DNA of 64,000 nucleotides from a virus. Taxonomy: Duplodnaviria; Caudoviricetes. Below, one piece after another: positions 58,596 through 64,000 of this stretch. The translations under genes were made by a program, and so were the position numbers. The stretch spans positions 32,001 through 96,000 of IMG/VR virus record IMGVR_UViG_3300013121_000036; one strand, written 5' to 3'. A model generated the notes under the pieces. The model worked only from the letters and a program-made list of their open reading frames with translations. It made no database searches and was not told the DNA's origin. Each line of letters opens with the position of its first letter. Within the stretch, counting starts at the first letter, position 1.

Positions 58596-59906
58596 CTACT
58601 TGGTGACGGCGGCGTAGATGGATTGCCACGTGCGCTCCATGGCGCTCACGTGCTCTTTGCTGCCGTCCGCAGCACCATCCATGTGGCAGCACTCGTGAAC
58701 CAGGACACCAAGCATCTTCGGCTCGTCGTCGAGCAGGGCGGCCTTGATCGTGATCAGGCCCTGCTTGTCGTCACACGTCCCGAGGAGGTTCGGGTCTCGG
58801 AACGTGGAGAACTTCAGGTTGGCCAGGTGAACGTCGTGACCGGCTTGCTGTACGAGATGCAGACACTTTCGCACACGGGCCCTCTGCTCTGGAGACACGT
58901 CTGCCCACTGTACCGTTGACGTGACCTCCTGCTTGAGCTTGATCTTCCGGTCGCCAAGGGCGCCCGTGACCTTCTCGGCGACGGCCTGGAGCGCCTCGTT
59001 CACGACGACACCCTTCAGGCCGAAGTGCTCGACCTCTTGAGCGTCGGCCATGTTGCTGACCGGAACCGCGTCGGTCCCGAACTCAGCCGTGAACTCAGCC
59101 AGGATGGCCTTCGCCTGGTCATCGGAGAACCGATGAGCGTCGTACTTGCTGAAGTTGACGCCGTTCTCGTCTGGGCTGCGGAGCTTCTTGTATAGCTCCG
59201 CGTTGGCGATCTTGCCGTTCCGGTTCGCCTCCAGCCAGATGGCCTCCATGGCCGCCTCGGCCGTCCACCTGTCGACCATCTTGCGCTCGATGTCGGTTTC
59301 CACGCCATCGAGGTCGTACCCCTCAGGTATTCGCCATGACGCCACGTAGATGCCCTTGACGAAGACCATGCCGACCCTGTCGTGGTCTTTGATGAGGCGA
59401 CCACGGGTCGTCTCGATCGCGTTCCTCGGCGGCGAGAGGAACAGGAACTTCCCCTTGTACTCCTCCCACGCGGCCGATGAGATGCCCTCGATCTCGACGG
59501 TGACGTCGCTCGTCTTCAGGCGTGCCTGCCTGAAGTTTATCACAAGCACCCTCCGGTTGAACTCATTATCGAACTCGATCGCAGGGGCCCAAAGCTCGTC
59601 GCCGTTCCTGATGCGGACCTTGTGCCCGGCGCGTGCGAGCGCGAGAAGACCGAGGGTCAAGCCCTCTCCGTACTTGCCGATCGTATCAGACCGGAGACGC
59701 TTCGACGACTCTCCGATCAAGAGCGCGGCGCGGGGGATGGTGATCCCCTTGTTCGAGATGGTGAGAACGTCCCCTTTGTGAGAGACGCTCATCTCTGCTC
59801 CGTGCTCCGTTTCTGCGTCGCGGGCGTTCTGGATCAGTTCTCGAACGCCCTCCCACGTGCCCCACCAGTTGCGGTAGTCGACCGTGAGGCCGATGCTCAT
59901 CTTCAT
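58596..59906 (-). CDS. GHKL ATPase fused to a zincin-like HExxH domain
   Basis: VRELIQNARD, GESSKR, IGKYGEGL; LVHECCH. Confidence 0.8.
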   Translation of the reverse strand: MKMSIGLTVDYRNWWGTWEGVRELIQNARDAETEHGAEMSVSHKGDVLTISNKGITIPRAALLIGESSKRLRSDTIGKYGEGLTLGLLALARAGHKVRIRNGDELWAPAIEFDNEFNRRVLVINFRQARLKTSDVTVEIEGISSAAWEEYKGKFLFLSPPRNAIETTRGRLIKDHDRVGMVFVKGIYVASWRIPEGYDLDGVETDIERKMVDRWTAEAAMEAIWLEANRNGKIANAELYKKLRSPDENGVNFSKYDAHRFSDDQAKAILAEFTAEFGTDAVPVSNMADAQEVEHFGLKGVVVNEALQAVAEKVTGALGDRKIKLKQEVTSTVQWADVSPEQRARVRKCLHLVQQAGHDVHLANLKFSTFRDPNLLGTCDDKQGLITIKAALLDDEPKMLGVLVHECCHMDGAADGSKEHVSAMERTWQSIYAAVTK

Positions 59907-59984
59907 TTCCGTTCTCCTTGCTGGCTGCCCGAAGGCAGCGGGCCCCGCCCGAGGGAACGATCCTCGGTGCGCCAGCGCGGGGCT

Positions 59985-60302
59985 TCACAGTTCGATGATG
60001 GTCTCTCGTTGACCACCTGTCGCTGCCAAGAGGCAGGCGGCCTTGTCGGCCTTCCTATGCCCCCTCGGTACGAATTGGAACAGGGCGCCCGTCCTCGACG
60101 TGTGGCGAGGGATCACGCGCCCCTCTATCGAGTTGGCGAAGTCTTCGAGACCTCGCGAGCGGGCGGCGGAGGCCGCCGCCTCAGCGAACACCCTGTAAGC
60201 CTGCCGAAGAGCCTCGAAAGGCTGTTCTTCGCTGGGCTTTCCGTTTGGCGTCAGCACTTGCATCCTGACGCCCTCGGGCTCAAGGCTGACGCGGACCTTC
60301 AC
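59985..60302 (-). CDS. hypothetical protein
   Basis: GTGA overlap. Confidence 0.55.
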   Translation of the reverse strand: MKVRVSLEPEGVRMQVLTPNGKPSEEQPFEALRQAYRVFAEAAASAARSRGLEDFANSIEGRVIPRHTSRTGALFQFVPRGHRKADKAACLLAATGGQRETIIEL

Positions 60303-60631
60303 GGCTCCACCTCTGCGAGCAGACGCCTTAGCTCCGAGAGCCTCCCGGCGAGGTTCGCGACGGCCTCGTCCACCATGTCGTCGTAGGAGTCGGACGACTT
60401 GAAGTCAGCCTCGGACTCGTACGAACAGCCGCCGAGATACACAGGTTCGCCTGAAACGCCCCCGTACGTGGCCCAGACCTTCGCGCAGAACCACGCGAAG
60501 ATGTTGCCGTCGTTTGACTCTTTCAGGATCTCTAGGACAACTTCGTTGTCCTCTATGCACCCGCCAGGGTGCATGTCCTCGTCCAGGGGTACGAAATGAA
60601 TCGCGACCCCCTTGGTGTCTTTCGTGATCAT
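60299..60631 (-). CDS. acidic phage hypothetical protein
   Basis: own AAGGAG RBS; WFCAKV...YLGGCSY. Confidence 0.7.
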   Translation of the reverse strand: MITKDTKGVAIHFVPLDEDMHPGGCIEDNEVVLEILKESNDGNIFAWFCAKVWATYGGVSGEPVYLGGCSYESEADFKSSDSYDDMVDEAVANLAGRLSELRRLLAEVEP

Positions 60632-60694
60632 GTTCTCTCCTTCTGGGCACGCTTGCCCCATGGGGGAGACGACCGTTGTCGGCTCCCCGAGCGG

Positions 60695-61180
60695 TAAGCG
60701 TTTGGTCTTCTTCTTGAAGACGGCCGGCGTGGCGCTCCATGGGAGATGGTGCGTCACATCGCCCTTCTCCCTCGCCTCATCGAGGCTCCTGTTGACGCCC
60801 TCCCAGAAGGCGTCGAATTTGTACTTCGCGAGCGGGGAGGGCTTGCACACGTTCGTCGCGACGGAAGCGACTTCGTTCTCCTCCCGCTCGTACTCGATCG
60901 CAACGTGCCCGCTGCCGTCGCAGTCGTACTCTGGGGATTTGATCCCCAAGAACAACGAGAAGAGGCTGGCGTTCACCTTGTGCCGGTCAACGACGCAGCC
61001 GTGGGCGATGATGAAGCGACGACAGCACGGGCATCGGGCCCACACGCCGACGCCAGCCCACCTGCCGAGGCGAGAGTGGTACCCGTAGCAACATGGGTCT
61101 CCATCTTCGTCTTGCGTGACTTCGCGCGCCTCGCACTCAGCTTCGCGAATGCGGGAGCACATCGTGATGCACTTCTTCAT
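60695..61180 (-). CDS. Cys-rich hypothetical protein (ends at TTA)
   Basis: KKKTKR-TTA followed by two hairpins and the next RBS. Confidence 0.6.
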
Positions 61181-61566
61181 GATCCCTCCACAACGATGTA
61201 GAGGTATCCGAACGAGCGCCGCGGGGACGCTCTCACGGTGAAGCCGCCGCCGAGATCCTTTCGGATCTCGGTCTCATCCTCCGGGGACAGGTTCTGGGCC
61301 TCTTTTCTGACCCATTTCATCCCCTGTTCGACCTTCTTCTTGAGGGCTTTGGGGAATTCCGCTGGCATCACGGAAGTCCTGTTCCAGACCAGATCGACGA
61401 CCATTGCGCTTTTGCGCACCGTCGTGAGCCTGGTGACCATCTGTCCGCTCACAGAGCGGACTCTCCTCTTCTGCTGGATGGTCCGTGTCTCTCGCGCGAA
61501 GATGGCGCGGGCTCCCCACGCCATCTTCGCGTCAGGGCTAGGCTGTAGCCCGAACTGAAGACTCAT
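61177..61566 (-). CDS. hypothetical protein
   Basis: RBS in repeat; AWGARAI...SFGYLYI. Confidence 0.65.
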   Translation of the reverse strand: MSLQFGLQPSPDAKMAWGARAIFARETRTIQQKRRVRSVSGQMVTRLTTVRKSAMVVDLVWNRTSVMPAEFPKALKKKVEQGMKWVRKEAQNLSPEDETEIRKDLGGGFTVRASPRRSFGYLYIVVEGS

Positions 61567-61648
61567 CGTCGTTCTCCTTGCTAGCTGCCCGAAGGCAGCG
61601 GGCCCCGCCCGAGTGGACGATCCTCGGTGCGCCAGCGCGGGGCTTCGT

Positions 61649-62836
61649 TCACGCCTTGACGAACTTGCCCTTGTCAAGGCGGTACGCCACGTTCGGCTCG
61701 ATGCCGTCCTCGCCGACGTATCCGACAGCGAGTCGGCGTCGCTCCCCGTCATGCCACCAGATCGAGATGGTGCCACCATCGCCCGCCGTGGCCTTGCCGC
61801 CATCTCCCGCCGTGGCCTTGCCGTCCTCTCCCGCCGTGGCCGTGCCGAAGTCGCCAGCCGTGGCCGTGCCGTGTTTGCCAGCCGTGGCCTTGCCGTAGTC
61901 GCCAGCCATGGCCATGCCACGGTGGCCCGCCGTGGCCGTGCCGTGTTTGCCAGCCGTGGCCTTGCCGTAGTCGCCAGCCATGGCCATGCCACGGTGGCCC
62001 GCCGTGGCCTTGCCGTCGTATCCCGCCGTGGCCATGCCGCGGTCGCCCGCCGTGGCCTTGCCGTAGTCGCCAGCCATGGCCTTTCCGCGGTGACCCGCTG
62101 TGGCCGTGCCGCGGTGACCCGCCGTGGCCTTGCCGTCGTGACCCGCCGTGGCCGTGCCGTCGTTGCCCGCCGTGGCCGTGCCGTCGTTGCCCGCCGTTGC
62201 CATGCCATGGTTACCAGCCGTGGCCTTGCCGCCGTTACCCGCCGTGGCCTTGCCGTCGTGACCCGCCGTGGCCTTGCCGCCGTTACCCGCCGTGGCCTTG
62301 CCGTCGTGACCCGCCGTGGCCGTGCCGAAGGCGCCCGCCGTGGCCTTGCCGTCGTGACCCGCCGTGGCCGTGCCATGGTTACCAGCCGTGGCCTTGCCGC
62401 CGTTACCCGCCGTTGCCATGCCATGGTTACCAGCCGTGGCCGCGCCGCCGTGGCCGACCAGAGCGGAACAGTTATCTCCCGCCGTCACGATGGCGAAGTT
62501 GACGACGACGCTCTTGGGCGCCCTGTCTGCGATGTACTTGGCAGCGTCGTGGCCGCCGCCGCAGAACACCACGACGCCGCGCGGAAACTTCACCTTGTCG
62601 CCAAGGTCGACGATGCAGTCCTCGTCAACCTCCACCACCAGCCACTTCGCGTCGTCGCTGTTATCGTAGTAGCCGATCGTCCCAGCGCCCCAGAGGCAGC
62701 CGTGCAGGCCGCCTCCACACCGAGGCTTCGGATTCCAGTCAGGCGCCTCCACCGGGCCCTCCGTGGGCCACACGAAGCCTCCGTGGGCCGTCATGTCAGA
62801 GTTGCACGTTCTCAACACGAGCACCTTGCTCATCAT
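61649..62836 (-). CDS. ice-nucleation-protein-like repeat protein (30 octapeptides)
   Basis: third paralogue, longest repeat tract. Confidence 0.8.
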   Translation of the reverse strand: MMSKVLVLRTCNSDMTAHGGFVWPTEGPVEAPDWNPKPRCGGGLHGCLWGAGTIGYYDNSDDAKWLVVEVDEDCIVDLGDKVKFPRGVVVFCGGGHDAAKYIADRAPKSVVVNFAIVTAGDNCSALVGHGGAATAGNHGMATAGNGGKATAGNHGTATAGHDGKATAGAFGTATAGHDGKATAGNGGKATAGHDGKATAGNGGKATAGNHGMATAGNDGTATAGNDGTATAGHDGKATAGHRGTATAGHRGKAMAGDYGKATAGDRGMATAGYDGKATAGHRGMAMAGDYGKATAGKHGTATAGHRGMAMAGDYGKATAGKHGTATAGDFGTATAGEDGKATAGDGGKATAGDGGTISIWWHDGERRRLAVGYVGEDGIEPNVAYRLDKGKFVKA

Positions 62837-62865
62837 CGTTCTCCTTGTTGGCTGCCCGAAGGCAG

Positions 62866-62968
62866 CGGTGGCTGTAGCCGGAATCGAACCGGCTCGCGAC
62901 ACGATGACCAACGTGCGGCAACGACACCATGTCGCCACCGCAAGCGTCGCTATCACCAGAACCAGCCA
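62866..62968 (-). ncRNA. tRNA-like element (tmRNA-TLD-like)
   Basis: perfect T arm GCCGG-TTCGATT-CCGGC, partial acceptor GGCTG/CAGCC, A-CC end, no D stem or anticodon loop. Confidence 0.55.
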
Positions 62969-62994
62969 TGTGCGCGGCATGTGCCGCGCTTGCA

Positions 62995-63886
62995 TCAGAA
63001 GAACATCTCTCTGTTCAAATCACCATCCTTCACCTCGATCCAGAAGCAGGCTCCCCTGGGGTCCCTTCCGAACACGGCTCGACAGATACCGCGCCCCTTG
63101 TCGATCTGCTCCACCATGTGGAGCGCTCTCCGCTCGTAGGAGAGTACGCGCTTGTCGTCGTCCTCTCCCCACATGGGATCGTTGCAGGCTCTCACCGCAA
63201 GCCGGTGGAGTCGAACGGAGAGAGCCCGCATCTCGTTTGCGGCGACTGCCGCCGAGTACGGCGGGAGGCCAAGCCTCACCGCCAGGGTCGCCACCAAGGT
63301 GGCGAAGTCTACCATGTCCTTCGTGTTCATGTATGCCTCATCTCGTCGATCTCTTCATCGACGAAGCCGATCGCGGTACGCACCGCATGTTCCGCTGCGA
63401 GGGCGTGGCGAAGGAGCATGTCGTCCCGCAAGCTCCTCGCCTGGCTCTCCAGCTTGTTGTACCTCGAAAGCTCGCCGTGAAGCCTGCGCTTCACGCGATG
63501 CATCCTGTCCATGGGAGTCACTGGTCCTCCTCTCCGTCGATGGGCTCATCGACGTCCTGCTGTCCGTACCCTTCGAGAATTTCTTCTCGATACACGGACA
63601 GTTTCTTCTCCCTGCATGAAGGGCACACGCGGCACAATGGGATGCCCTGCGCGTCGTAAGCCCATTCTGACTCGCGCTTGCTGCCGCACGGGCACAACAT
63701 GTGCAGGTGCGCCACTCGAAAGAGGCGCTCCTCGAAAGAAGTGCGCTCTTCCCAGCCAAGAGCGTCCGCTGCCGCGAACGCTTCGTTGTGACCTGAGAAT
63801 GTTTTCCCAAGCCACGACTCGATCAGCATCTTCATCGTGTCCAGGCTGATGTTCAAGCCAGAACACAGCTCAACACAGCTACTCAT
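62995..63886 (-). CDS. three small hypothetical genes (62995-63330, 63327-63521, 63518-63886)
   Basis: ATGA overlaps, RBSs. Confidence 0.6.
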
Positions 63887-64000
63887 GACGCTCCTTTCCG
63901 GCCTCATGGGCCGTGGTCCCCATGTGCCGATTCGCACGGCACAAGATGCCTGTCGCATCATGGGGCAGGTGACCTGTCATCGGGTCACCTGAGTCGTTGT

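Larger units (their letters stand above)
49891..61644 (-). repeat. dispersed ~72-nt structured intergenic element, 8 copies (49891-49960, 52030-52101, 54295-54366, 55229-55303, 57505-57576, 58512-58586, 59913-59984, 61573-61644)
   Basis: multi-stem junction, then GCTGCC/GGCAGC hairpin, then AAGGA(G) RBS, each directly upstream of a gene. Confidence 0.9.

Noticed and set aside
1850-58598. Genome-wide TAG-to-amino-acid recoding
   Set aside because: Long genes are not fragmented by TAG, and most TAGs sit at plausible gene ends
7763-60697. Programmed frameshifting at TTA into the next gene
   Set aside because: Downstream genes lie in all three frames relative to the TTA and mostly have their own RBS
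49891-61644. Integron attC sites or rho-independent terminators
   Set aside because: No GTTRRRY/RYYYAAC core ends and no U tracts; each element ends in an RBS
49965-62836. Diversity-generating retroelement acting on the paralogues
   Set aside because: No reverse transcriptase in the window; paralogues differ mainly in repeat number rather than at adenines

Overview
High-GC bacterial virus (or provirus) segment with no tail, terminase or portal genes. Positions 1-43.2 kb are mostly + strand and 43.1-64 kb are - strand. Layout: (i) small early genes including a DUF5131 protein, a Pth2-type peptidyl-tRNA hydrolase behind an in-frame amber codon, and an amber-suppressor tRNA(CUA); (ii) a GH25 lysozyme; (iii) a ~19-unit, 35-36-nt dual-repeat array next to a Nop-domain protein (TIGR-TasA-like); (iv) a Sak4-like ATPase and a transglutaminase-like protease; (v) a long virion module with many C-terminally membrane-anchored proteins, a very basic polyprotein and three putative jelly-roll capsid proteins, suggesting a tailless membrane-containing virus; (vi) glycosyltransferases and an FkbM methyltransferase; (vii) a 1414-aa tyrosine recombinase; (viii) a cassette-like - strand region punctuated by a repeated structured RNA element, with an SNF2 helicase, a GHKL-zincin protein and three ice-nucleation-protein homologues. 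Most striking signal: all 13 in-frame TTA (Leu) codons I found by manual scan in credible genes lie where the gene would be expected to end, and none is internal, suggesting UUA acts as a stop codon. Family assignments are from motif recognition, not database searches.
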